Notes under the pieces: model-generated | Told to the model about the DNA's origin: nothing | Database searches by the model: none | Seen by the model: the letters and a program-made list of their open reading frames with translations, nothing else | From: Candidatus Heimdallarchaeota archaeon | GTDB taxonomy: Archaea > Asgardarchaeota > Heimdallarchaeia > Hodarchaeales > Hodarchaeaceae | Length of the DNA: 64,000 bases | Assembly: GCA_020353515.1 (NCBI GenBank) | Contig: CP070695.1 | Location: 2,738,155 to 2,802,154 of the forward strand | Reading direction: 5' to 3' | Shown: positions 50,914 to 60,389 of the stretch, in pieces | Position numbering within the stretch: position 1 is the first letter of the stretch | Layout of the letters: every line of letters starts with the position of its first letter | Made by a program: the position numbers and the translations under genes

Positions 50914-52368
50914 GTGAATCTGAAGACTATAACAAATAGATTAAAAAGTCTCTCCATAGTTCTTCTCTCACTTGTCATAATCATCATTATTGAAGGTTTA
51001 TTAATAATGAACGATTGTACTGGTGTTTTGAAGAATATAACCAAAGCTCCTATGGATTTAGTAAGATATTTTCCAATAATCATTTTATTATACCTTTTTA
51101 CGAATGAAATATTTATAACATTCAGAATAAATATTTCTCCATTAAAATTCACTTTGAAAAAAACAGGAATAGTTTTTTTCCAAGATTTCCATATCTGGTT
51201 AGCAATATTCGAAACATTTTCTATAAGAAAAATACAGACGAGTGAATTGAAACAGCTAAAACATTTAAAAACATTCTCACTAGAACTAGACGGAAAGAGA
51301 AAGTGTGTTAGAATTGTTCTTTATTCAAAATCTTATAAAGAGTTAGAAGAACGAATTAAAACTTCAAAACCAATCTTAGAGGTCGTTTTACCTGATATAC
51401 ACTTCGTTTCTAAAGCTGATTTAACTAAATCATATGATGAAACTGAAATGCTGAAGATTGGGGAGGAATACATTTTAAAAGAAAAATCAGAGTTACTTTT
51501 TCCTCAATTTAATATTTTACTAAATGAGAGTTCTCCTTCCTTTTTTAGAATGGTTCTAGCTTGTGATATTCATGATGAGATGAAAAAAAAATTAGATTTC
51601 GTGAATTGTATCCAGATGTACTTCTTTCACAGTTATGATCAGACATCATTTTTTCAATATTTGAATAGAAGGTTTTTCAGATCTCAAATAAAGACATTTG
51701 ATCACATTCAGGATGTTCAAGAGCTTCAGAGGATATGCTTAAGATATCAAACTAAAAAAGGGCCTTACCTATCTTTTCAAGAAGGTCTTGACCATTTTGT
51801 AAGTTTTTTTTCCTTATTTTCCCTAGAACCAAACATAATCGAGACTGGAATGAAACAAAATTTTCAATTATTATCCTTACAAAGCGAAAACCAATCATTA
51901 AACCTTTTGGATACGGAAAAAATAACATCACACCTTGAAATGAACCAGATATGTGCAGAATTATGTAATTATCCAAATGAAAACGAACTATCATATAAAG
52001 AAAAAGAAACAAGATGCAAAAAAAGGGCAGTATTTTGTCAGAATTTATTAGAAAATGCTAATTTCTTTTCAATATTAGAGAGTCTGATTAATCAAAAGTA
52101 TATAACTGATAAAATTCATCTTCTAACAGAACTAAGACGCCATCTTACCTATCAACAACTTATTTGTTGTATTTCTCATCTTTGTCATCTTAACTACCCT
52201 GAGATTCCTTATCAAAAGATTGTAAACTTAATTCATATTTTGTATTCATTAAACTATAAATCCTACAAAGCTAAAAATGTTCTTAAGATAGATAAAAACC
52301 CTGATTCTACTATATTTTCTGATGATGGAACTACTAAGCACATTTTTCATTCATTAGCACCAAATTAG
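50914..52368 (+). CDS. Hypothetical protein with two N-terminal TM segments
   Basis: 484-aa ORF 10 nt after the surface-protein gene. Confidence 0.65.
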   Translation: MNLKTITNRLKSLSIVLLSLVIIIIIEGLLIMNDCTGVLKNITKAPMDLVRYFPIIILLYLFTNEIFITFRINISPLKFTLKKTGIVFFQDFHIWLAIFETFSIRKIQTSELKQLKHLKTFSLELDGKRKCVRIVLYSKSYKELEERIKTSKPILEVVLPDIHFVSKADLTKSYDETEMLKIGEEYILKEKSELLFPQFNILLNESSPSFFRMVLACDIHDEMKKKLDFVNCIQMYFFHSYDQTSFFQYLNRRFFRSQIKTFDHIQDVQELQRICLRYQTKKGPYLSFQEGLDHFVSFFSLFSLEPNIIETGMKQNFQLLSLQSENQSLNLLDTEKITSHLEMNQICAELCNYPNENELSYKEKETRCKKRAVFCQNLLENANFFSILESLINQKYITDKIHLLTELRRHLTYQQLICCISHLCHLNYPEIPYQKIVNLIHILYSLNYKSYKAKNVLKIDKNPDSTIFSDDGTTKHIFHSLAPN

Positions 52369-52488
52369 ATCGAAAGAATGTATGGATAATCTTGTGAGGA
52401 CTACTCTATAGATCTTTATTAGTAATTCCTCCAACCGTTGAACTTGTGGGTTTCTATACGAATCCTATACATAAAATAGGATTGATGA

Positions 52489-52596
52489 TGGGCCCACCCG
52501 GATTTGAACCGGGGATCTCTCGGTTATCAGCATCGCCCGTCCTGACGAATATCCTTCAGAACGCCGAGCGCTTTAACCAGGCTAAGCCATGGGCCC
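52489..52596 (-). tRNA. tRNA-Ile(GAT) with 33-nt non-canonical intron at 30/31
   Basis: GGGCCCA/TGGGCCC acceptor stem; spliced arm CTCGG-CTGATAA-CCGAG; BHB CGCT/GGCG with outer helix CGTTCTGA/TCAGGACG. Confidence 0.93.
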
Positions 52597-52657
52597 TTTT
52601 TTTAAGGGAAAAAAAGGTAAAAATTTTCCTTTGTCTATCTTAAATAAATCTTGTGGA

Positions 52658-53059
52658 TTATCGATAACTCTTAGTGTATTTTGCTCGCGCGCCTGGTCCA
52701 CCAAACTGCTTTGGTTCACGACGACGGGGATCTCCTACGATCATATGTCGATCATATTCAGTATACTTAATCCTCAATTCTTCAGAGTCAGTCCAAGCTA
52801 AAAGTGCTCGTGCAATAGCAGTTCTAGCAGCATCAGCTTGTCCCATATATCCTCCACCCTTGACTTTAACTTTGATATCCACGCTATGTCTAGTTTTCTC
52901 TTCAACAAAATAAAAGGGTTCCATCAACTTCATCTTAACAATCTCAGGCTCGATTATTTCTATTGGTTTTCCGTTAATCAACACTCTGCCTGTTCCTTCC
53001 TTAATAATAGCACGTGCGATCGCGGTACGTCGCTTTCCACTTCGTAATAAGCTTTTCAT
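52658..53059 (-). CDS. rps9: 30S ribosomal protein uS9
   Basis: GKRRTAIARA, GGGYMGQA, GGPGARAKYTKSYR. Confidence 0.97.
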   Translation of the reverse strand: MKSLLRSGKRRTAIARAIIKEGTGRVLINGKPIEIIEPEIVKMKLMEPFYFVEEKTRHSVDIKVKVKGGGYMGQADAARTAIARALLAWTDSEELRIKYTEYDRHMIVGDPRRREPKQFGGPGARAKYTKSYR

Positions 53060-53073
53060 AATAATTCAAACCA

Positions 53074-53508
53074 TTAGATTTTTGATCTTAATTGCCCAAG
53101 GGATATGTAAGATGCCTTTGGATTAATCTTTTGAGTTTCTGGAATGATTTCAATATCTTTCTCTCTTAGTGTTTCAGGAAAGTCTTTGTAAACAACCAAG
53201 CGATGATAAGCTTCCTTCCCCCTACTCTTATGATATGGAAGCATGCCTCGTATGGTTCTTTTTAGGATTTTATCAGCTTCTCGCGGATGAAAGGGCCCTT
53301 TTAGGGGATTTGATTTTGTTTTAATTCTCCATCTCTGTAAGTATTTAGCTGCAATGAAATCTCCTCCACCAGATATTAATCCTTTATTTGCATTAATGAT
53401 AATGATCTTTTCTCCCTTTAAAAGTCGTTTTGCAATGATGCTCGACAAACGGCCCAAAATTGAGTTCTCTGCATCTATTATAGTAGCATCTAGTAAGTCG
53501 TCTATCAT
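53074..53508 (-). CDS. rpl13: 50S ribosomal protein uL13
   Basis: IDA...LGRLSS.IAK, GPFHPR, RTIRGMLP. Confidence 0.96.
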   Translation of the reverse strand: MIDDLLDATIIDAENSILGRLSSIIAKRLLKGEKIIIINANKGLISGGGDFIAAKYLQRWRIKTKSNPLKGPFHPREADKILKRTIRGMLPYHKSRGKEAYHRLVVYKDFPETLREKDIEIIPETQKINPKASYISLGQLRSKI

Positions 53509-53529
53509 TGTTCTTTCATCTTTTTTCTA

Positions 53530-53922
53530 TCATTTTATAATTCGAACCTGAGACCCTTTAGGATCTCTTTCAACTAGCTCTTCAATAGTCAGACATTTCC
53601 CACCAGCATTACTAATTTTCTTTTGAGCTGCTTCCGAAAATGATTCAGCAGCAATGTCAAGTTGATGATTCACCGATCCTGTACCTAGAACTTTCCCTGG
53701 GATTAATAAAATATCTCCTGGGGAAGATATTCGATTTAAACGGGATAAATTCACAGTAATACGTCTTCTCCTCGCCTTAGACATTTCAGATGCTAATATT
53801 GCCCAAATCTTAGCCTTATTTTCAGCAGCAGCTCCTTTTAAAAACCTGATTAGAGCAACCTTATTTGGATCTGTCCGTCCTTTAATTTTCAATTGAATCA
53901 CACTTTTAAAATTCTTCAACAA
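53530..53922 (-). CDS. rpl18e: 50S ribosomal protein eL18
   Basis: VNLSRLNR, IPGKVLGTG, FS..A..KI..AGG; true start probably slightly downstream. Confidence 0.95.
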   Translation of the reverse strand: MLKNFKSVIQLKIKGRTDPNKVALIRFLKGAAAENKAKIWAILASEMSKARRRRITVNLSRLNRISSPGDILLIPGKVLGTGSVNHQLDIAAESFSEAAQKKISNAGGKCLTIEELVERDPKGSQVRIIK

Positions 53923-54742
53923 GGGTTGAAAATTCTTCAGTTTTCTCTTTTAACAGTTCTAGAGCCTTGATCAGTGTTTTTTTAACCGTAAGTGCCCCAG
54001 TACTTTCAATAATAAAAATAAAATCCTTGCCTGTTGTTGTTACATTAACTGCATCTAATTCACAAATCTCAACACATTGATTGCATAAGCTACAATTTAT
54101 GATATTTACAGCCTTAATCTCATCATCTTCAATTTTTATGATATCACGAGGGCAGACTTCAACACAGTCTCCACAAAACGTGCAATTATTTAGATTAAAT
54201 TCGACGCATGGGTAATATTTGTAAGAAACTGTCGAAATAGGCTGCCATTTTGCGTGATCCAAACCTCTCCCAAGTCGTGCGATTGCTTCAAGAAAAATCT
54301 TTTGATCTTTAGCCATTTTAAGAACTGGAATATTAGGATAGACAGGAACTATTTTGGGATCTTGAGATAATAAATCCTTTGAAAAAACTATTTCTACATC
54401 TTGTTCACCCGATTTTTCCAGAGTTAAAGATACCTCACATGATGTACAACCTTGTCCTCCACATGAACACAGTTCAGGCCTGACAAAGTTTTCTAAATCC
54501 GTTTTTAGAGGAATTAAACCTAGACGGTGAGCAACTATTTCATCGTATAGTGGAGTAGTATTTTCGATGATTATAACCTCATCGATCGCCATTGTTGGGA
54601 CTTCACTCAATATCATTCTACGGATAGTGTTTGCAAAAGTGGGTGTTACATCTGAAAGTATGAACTTAGCATAATTTTCACTTTGCTCAACAATCTCAAG
54701 TTCCAAATATATACTACCGCCTTGATGGATTTTTCTTTTCAA
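53906..54742 (-). CDS. rpoD: RNA polymerase subunit Rpo3 (D) with ferredoxin-like insert
   Basis: ANTIRRMILSEVPTMAID, HRLGLIPL, HAKWQP, two CxxCxxCxxxC. Confidence 0.96.
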   Translation of the reverse strand: MKRKIHQGGSIYLELEIVEQSENYAKFILSDVTPTFANTIRRMILSEVPTMAIDEVIIIENTTPLYDEIVAHRLGLIPLKTDLENFVRPELCSCGGQGCTSCEVSLTLEKSGEQDVEIVFSKDLLSQDPKIVPVYPNIPVLKMAKDQKIFLEAIARLGRGLDHAKWQPISTVSYKYYPCVEFNLNNCTFCGDCVEVCPRDIIKIEDDEIKAVNIINCSLCNQCVEICELDAVNVTTTGKDFIFIIESTGALTVKKTLIKALELLKEKTEEFSTLVEEF

Positions 54743-55084
54743 GAATTTAATGCAAAAACCAAAGGAAAAAATGAGAATTTCTGCTTCTTCTTTTTATTGG
54801 TGACTCGTAGAGATGTGTTTTATACGATATCGCTGGAATTACGTTAGCTTTAAATTTTTTTTTCTAAATCTGGTCACTTTTGAGAAGAAATACTGAATTA
54901 AAGTATTTAGGAACACTGATAGTCCAATTAACGGTAATTATTAGCAAATAAATAAGAAATTAAGGTTGAACAGCTAATAGGAGCTTGTAAGGAAATGACT
55001 CTACCTACATGCTTTTGTTTCAACACATACCTGATGAATTAGGACATATAACTGACCTCGTCAAAATTGGGAGATTAAAAATGT

Positions 55085-55402
55085 TTGGTGAATTCTCCTT
55101 TTGAATCTTTCATTTGGTGTCCTTGTATGAATCCAATATTCCTAAGCCAATGGGATGAATATATTCGTGGTTGGCAACTTTTAATCGAATCTGGAGATCA
55201 AATCTTTTGGACGATCCTTATTCTTGTAGCTTGGATGGTACGAGCAATTTCTCTAACAATGATTCTTATTCAGCTCGGAGATAGATTAATCCGAAAAAAG
55301 AAAGATTTTGAGTTTAACCTTTTGTTAACTGGGTTAATCTTCATATTAGTAACTGTTCCTTTCTTTTTGGCTGGTTTTTCGTTAATCTATCCTTTCCCTT
55401 AA
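55085..55402 (+). CDS. Small 2-TM membrane protein
   Basis: Two hydrophobic helices with a basic loop (RKKK); ends LLLTGLIFIL...; start uncertain. Confidence 0.55.
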   Translation: MVNSPFESFIWCPCMNPIFLSQWDEYIRGWQLLIESGDQIFWTILILVAWMVRAISLTMILIQLGDRLIRKKKDFEFNLLLTGLIFILVTVPFFLAGFSLIYPFP

Positions 55403-55512
55403 AGTTGTATATACTTTTATTCAACATAGAAAGCGAATTCAAAGCATTCTTCTTGAGAAACAGAAATAATTTAAATATAGACCAATAACAGATGTTTAAT
55501 GATAGACCGTTT

Positions 55513-56385
55513 TTAGAACGTGCTCATAATTTCCTTAAGTTGTTGATAAAGATCAAGAATTTGATTTGGTGAAAGATTAATTGGTTGATAAGCACAATAT
55601 TCAAGTTTGTCAATTTCAAGTCGAAATAATTTTTGAAGATCACGGGGGTACCCTTTGGCGAATACCTGTAGATTATTTCTTACTTTCTTATGTTTCCGAC
55701 AAAATAGAAGTGTTAAAAATTTGAAGAAATCTTTACTCCTTATTAATTTGGGAGGCTCCAATCTATTTCCACGGACAAGATTTGATTGAACATGCGGTTT
55801 GGGGGTAAAAAAATAAGGTGGGAAAGTCTGAATCACTTCAAATTCATAAAAAAAAGAAGAAAAAACTGAAATTCGACTGTAATCAGGATCACCAGGCTTC
55901 GCACAGAGATGATTGGCAAATTCACTTTGTAAAGTCACTACAATGATTTCTGGACGATTTTTAATTTCTGAGATCTTTTTAATAAATGGTGAAGAAATAC
56001 CATAAGGGAGATTAGAAATTAATTTTTGATGAGGAGGAATTTCGAGCTTCAGGAAATCACCTGATATAACTTCTAATCTTTCACCAAAATTAAAAAACTC
56101 TTTTGATATAATAGTTGAAAGAATAGGATCAATTTCGTATGAAAAAACTTTTTGACAATTTTGAAGGAGGAAATATGTCAATGTTCCAATTCCACTGCCC
56201 ACTTCGACAATTGTATCTTTTTCATCCAAATTTGCTTCGATTAAAAGTGAATCAATCACCGATTTATTAATAACAAAATTTTGTCCCTTAGATTTCTTAG
56301 GGGAAATTGCATAATTTTGAATCAAAGTCTCTGTATATTTCTTTAAATTCCCTTTTTCAAGTAACTGGAAAACGCTCAATATCAA
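55513..56385 (-). CDS. rsmA: 16S rRNA dimethyladenosine transferase KsgA/Dim1
   Basis: GQNF, EVGSGIG, EID, SNLPYGISS, F.PKP.V.S. Confidence 0.95.
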   Translation of the reverse strand: MILSVFQLLEKGNLKKYTETLIQNYAISPKKSKGQNFVINKSVIDSLLIEANLDEKDTIVEVGSGIGTLTYFLLQNCQKVFSYEIDPILSTIISKEFFNFGERLEVISGDFLKLEIPPHQKLISNLPYGISSPFIKKISEIKNRPEIIVVTLQSEFANHLCAKPGDPDYSRISVFSSFFYEFEVIQTFPPYFFTPKPHVQSNLVRGNRLEPPKLIRSKDFFKFLTLLFCRKHKKVRNNLQVFAKGYPRDLQKLFRLEIDKLEYCAYQPINLSPNQILDLYQQLKEIMSTF

Positions 56386-56390
56386 TCATG

Positions 56391-57017
56391 TTATTGCTTT
56401 TTATTCATGAACAAATAATATTTTGGGGATTCTTCAATCTCTAGTAAAATGCGATTAGTGAAAATTGACACTGGGTCTGAAATATTTGTTCTTTTTGAGA
56501 AATCATCAAAAGAAGAAAAAAAATTAGTTTTTCTGGCTTCTAAAATCGACCATATTCTTTTTTGCCCTATTCCTGGTAATAGTTGTAGTTGATGCATCTG
56601 AGAAGTGAGAGGGTGTGCCTGATTAAGGAATTTTATATAGCGAGCTTCAAAATACATAACAATCTTCTTGATTATAGCAGGGAGATTGTCTTGAGCAGAA
56701 CTAGAAAGTTGATTGTAACGGATTTGCACTAATCGTAGAATACTCCTGTTCCGAGGTGAAAGTAATAAATCCTCACCAACAGAAAATCTTGATCCCATAG
56801 CTAAAATTACATCATAAAACTGGAAATTTTCAGCTGTAACAACAACTGCTAGCGGATTGTAGTCTTCAAAACGCCTGTGACTTAGTGATTTTCCTTGAGG
56901 ATAAAAATCGATTACAAACCCTTTTCCTAAATCTACAAATCGGGACTTTGCTTTCCTTTTTTTTCCCTTTTTCTGTTGATCTCTACTTCTCATTAATTTG
57001 ATTCCTCGGATAAACAA
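56391..57017 (-). CDS. DUF655 nucleic-acid-binding protein
   Basis: IDFYPQG, FLNQA.PLT..MHQLQLLPGIG.K, F.SF.D; upstream of ksgA as in the canonical order. Confidence 0.9.
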   Translation of the reverse strand: MFIRGIKLMRSRDQQKKGKKRKAKSRFVDLGKGFVIDFYPQGKSLSHRRFEDYNPLAVVVTAENFQFYDVILAMGSRFSVGEDLLLSPRNRSILRLVQIRYNQLSSSAQDNLPAIIKKIVMYFEARYIKFLNQAHPLTSQMHQLQLLPGIGQKRIWSILEARKTNFFSSFDDFSKRTNISDPVSIFTNRILLEIEESPKYYLFMNKKQ

Positions 57018-57532
57018 GGTTAGAAATTCGTTTCCTCTTACTTTTATGCTTTTAAAGAATTGTTATATTTTTATTTTGATAACTTCAACCAAAAGTCATC
57101 TTCTGAAATAGGTAGGAGAATTATGAAGATTGAAATCATGGTTGAAAAGCGGTGAATCAATAGCTAGGAAGAGAAAATTACATCGAAGTTAATATTAGAC
57201 CATTATAAGATAGTTGGGTATAAATATGGATTTTTCTTTAGTTGGTGGTTGTAGGATTTTATGAGAAAATTAGTAGTATTATCTAGACCATTTTCCCATG
57301 CTTAGAATACAAGTTGACCTAAATGTGGCTCTCAGGGCAAGTCATCTTCTATCTGATTTTGTAAGGTCGTTATTGGACAGAGTTCTTTTAATAATCCGAA
57401 TGTCGTGATAGTGCCACTCACAGAAACTATTCTATTGTTAAAAAGCCCATTAGCGACAATTAACTAATTTTATTAGATATAAATGAACTTTTCCTCCTCC
57501 TATCACTCATTTTTACTCAAGTCTCTCTTTCT

Positions 57533-58600
57533 GTGTTTTACTTAGAAATAATAATCTCATCTTTTCTCATGGTGGAAATAGTGAGATATCGCTGTCTAGA
57601 ATGTGATGGAAATCTTATTCAAACTGAAGCTGACATTGTATGTATGAATTGTGGATTAGTAGCAAACAAAATCTATGAAAAACCGACAATTCAACTAATA
57701 AAAGCTGAAAGTAGTTTTGGGAGTCAATTTGCTTCTATAAGTGAAAGGCCTAGTGCCATGAAATCATTAGGAACATACATTGGTACTTATCGGAAGAGGT
57801 TTCTAGCAGATGCAAAAGGGGCTCAATTAAAAATCCCTGCTAAACAACAATTTCGAAGGTTAAAATCTCTTAATGACATCTATCTTCACTTTAACGGCCG
57901 CCAACGAGAGTATCGTGGATATAATCTATTAACTACAATGTGTAGTATTCTACAGATAACAGATGCAGCAAAAGCTGATGCTCTTTTTTTATACCGAAGT
58001 GTGCAGTCTCATTTACATGGGGAATTAAAGCTTTCTTGTCTAATTATGGGTTCCCTTTATTTATCAATCCGATCTAGAAAAGAAAATATCGAGCTAGCTC
58101 GACTTGTTACTGCTGCTCAAAGTCGAGGTTATTTTATTCTTGGTAAAGATATAATTAAAGCGGCCTCATTAATCAGACAACACGCTAGAATTCGAATAAG
58201 TCATGTCAAATCTGAAGAGTATTTAGATAATGTAATCAGTCGCCTTCATAAAGACCGAGAAATCACAAAACAGTTACAAAAGAAAGTTTTTGTAGAAAAA
58301 GCTGAGTATTTTCGCTGTTTAAAACTTGGTGCAAAGAATTTACTAGCAAACTTTCCCCAATCTGATCGTGGAGGACGAAATCCATTTATTCTTGCAGCAG
58401 CAATTATTATAGCTTCAGATATTATGTTAGCACGACAAAATTCATTTTATCATTGCTATAAACGTAAATCTAGGAGAGGTATCTTGACACAAAAGCATAT
58501 TGCTAAGATTTTGGGCATTGCTGAATTCACATTACGTGAACACTATTTACTCTTAGCAAAACCCTTGATGGAAACAGAATTAAACAGTATTCAGGTATGA
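57533..58600 (+). CDS. Divergent TFIIB/TFB-family protein
   Basis: CLEC...VCMNCGLV zinc ribbon; cyclin repeats with GRNP..LAAA and TQKHIA..LGIAEFTLR. Confidence 0.8.
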   Translation: MFYLEIIISSFLMVEIVRYRCLECDGNLIQTEADIVCMNCGLVANKIYEKPTIQLIKAESSFGSQFASISERPSAMKSLGTYIGTYRKRFLADAKGAQLKIPAKQQFRRLKSLNDIYLHFNGRQREYRGYNLLTTMCSILQITDAAKADALFLYRSVQSHLHGELKLSCLIMGSLYLSIRSRKENIELARLVTAAQSRGYFILGKDIIKAASLIRQHARIRISHVKSEEYLDNVISRLHKDREITKQLQKKVFVEKAEYFRCLKLGAKNLLANFPQSDRGGRNPFILAAAIIIASDIMLARQNSFYHCYKRKSRRGILTQKHIAKILGIAEFTLREHYLLLAKPLMETELNSIQV

Positions 58601-58776
58601 ATATTGAAACTTATGGATAAAACTGCAAGAAAGCAATTAAGCGATAAAAAATACCTCGAAAACATGATAAACTGGAGTCCACTTCGCTGACTATTGGGAT
58701 TAAATCAAAAAATTAGGTTATTAAGACAACGTTTAATCCTAAATTACTAATTCGAGTAATTTTTTGGTGAATAATA

Positions 58777-60309
58777 ATGGCAGATCTCGAAAGAATGAAT
58801 TTAGTGGTCACAGGTCATGTTGATCATGGGAAGTCGACTGGCTTGGGTCACATGTTATTCCTACTCGGTCAGATTCATGATCCTAAAAAGAAACGACAAC
58901 CATGGCGTATTGCTGAGAGATATTTCAAAGAAAGTAAAGCCCAAGGAATGGGAAGTTGGTCATATGCATGGATTCTAGATCCCCTAATGGATGAAAGAGA
59001 GAGGGGTCTAACAATCAATGTATCTTTTATGGAATTTAAGACGAAAAATTTTATTTACAACCTTATAGATGCCCCTGGACACAGTGATTTTATAAAGAAC
59101 ATGATTACGGGAGCCTCCCAAGCAGATGCCGCAATTCTAGTAGTTTCAGCAAGAAAAGGAGAATTTGAGGATGGAACAAAGGTTGCAGGGACAGCTTCAG
59201 GTAAATATGCGAACGTTATTGGAATGACAACTGAACATATGCTTCTCCTTACGTCTCTTGGTGTGACTAATGTCGTTGTTGCAATAAACAAGATGGATGT
59301 AGTAGATTACGATCAAAAGCGGTATGAGCAGATTAAAAAATCTATTCATGGTATTTTCACAATGCTTATGACCGCACTTCAAGTAGACAATAAAGAAAAG
59401 CGACTTGAAGCAATTAAATATGTTCCTACAAGTGGTTTAGTAGGAGTGAATGTTCTTTCAAAAGACGTAACAGTAAAGAACCTTGAAGGACATATTGCAG
59501 CAGCAAAAGCTGGGAATGGTGATCCTGAATTCATTGAGTCATTAGAAAAGGAAATGGGAGACATTACAGCTGGCTTTGAGGCTTTATCTTGGTATGATGG
59601 ACCATCTCTAATCGATGCTCTCGATATACTAGAGTCTCCTGCAGTTAAAAAAGAAATGTTATCGAAACAACCAATTAGGCTTCCAATTCAGCAAACATTG
59701 AATATTGGTGGTGTGGGTACTGTTTTAACTGGTCGGGTTTCTAGTGGAATCTTAAAACCAAACTCAGAGGTAGTCATTTCTCCTACAAAGCAAAGTATCG
59801 AACCTCTTCCCATCTCTGTAAAGACTATACAGGAGTTCCATAAAGATATTCCACAAGCATTACCAGGTGACAATGTTGGATTTAATATAAAAACAAAGAA
59901 TATTGGCGCAAAGGATATTGTGAGAGGTGCTGTTGTAAGTGATCCTAATAACCCCGCAAAAGCTCTTAAACCTAATGTTGATGGTTTCTTGTCATTCGTA
60001 CTTGTTATACGTGGATTAGGTAAGAAAGGGAAGAAGAAAGGGGAACCAGCGTGGGGAATACATGAGAATTATTCTCCAGTAGTACATTGTGGTACAGCTC
60101 AGGTCGCTTGTCGTGTTACTAAAGTTCAAGAAAAAGACCAAATTTTACCAGAGGAGAGAGGAATGGTCTGGATGACTCCGTTAAGTCCTCTTGTGGTTGA
60201 ACCTTTTGACACATCCCCCGCCCTTGGACGTTTCGCCTTACGAGACTCTGGAAAGACAGTTGCGGTGGGAGTAGTTCAGAAAGTAGAGTATGGGAAATAT
60301 TCCTCTTAA
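58777..60309 (+). CDS. EF-1alpha-family translational GTPase with several insertions
   Basis: GHVDHGKST, ERERGLTI, DAPGH.DFIKNMITGASQAD, NKMD, PGDNVGFN, LGRFALRD. Confidence 0.9.
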   Translation: MADLERMNLVVTGHVDHGKSTGLGHMLFLLGQIHDPKKKRQPWRIAERYFKESKAQGMGSWSYAWILDPLMDERERGLTINVSFMEFKTKNFIYNLIDAPGHSDFIKNMITGASQADAAILVVSARKGEFEDGTKVAGTASGKYANVIGMTTEHMLLLTSLGVTNVVVAINKMDVVDYDQKRYEQIKKSIHGIFTMLMTALQVDNKEKRLEAIKYVPTSGLVGVNVLSKDVTVKNLEGHIAAAKAGNGDPEFIESLEKEMGDITAGFEALSWYDGPSLIDALDILESPAVKKEMLSKQPIRLPIQQTLNIGGVGTVLTGRVSSGILKPNSEVVISPTKQSIEPLPISVKTIQEFHKDIPQALPGDNVGFNIKTKNIGAKDIVRGAVVSDPNNPAKALKPNVDGFLSFVLVIRGLGKKGKKKGEPAWGIHENYSPVVHCGTAQVACRVTKVQEKDQILPEERGMVWMTPLSPLVVEPFDTSPALGRFALRDSGKTVAVGVVQKVEYGKYSS

Positions 60310-60389
60310 CTCTCCTCATCTACTTCTTTTTTTATGGATCTTTCTTCTTCTAAGTTAACAAACAAACCCAAAAATGGTGGTTTGAGTTT

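Noticed and set aside
42840-52596. Integrated mobile element ending at tRNA-Ile
   Set aside because: No integrase, no duplicated tRNA 3' end (att repeat), and no replication or capsid genes seen
53906-54742. Ferredoxin-like insert in RpoD as a novelty
   Set aside because: Fe-S-containing Rpo3 is well known in archaea
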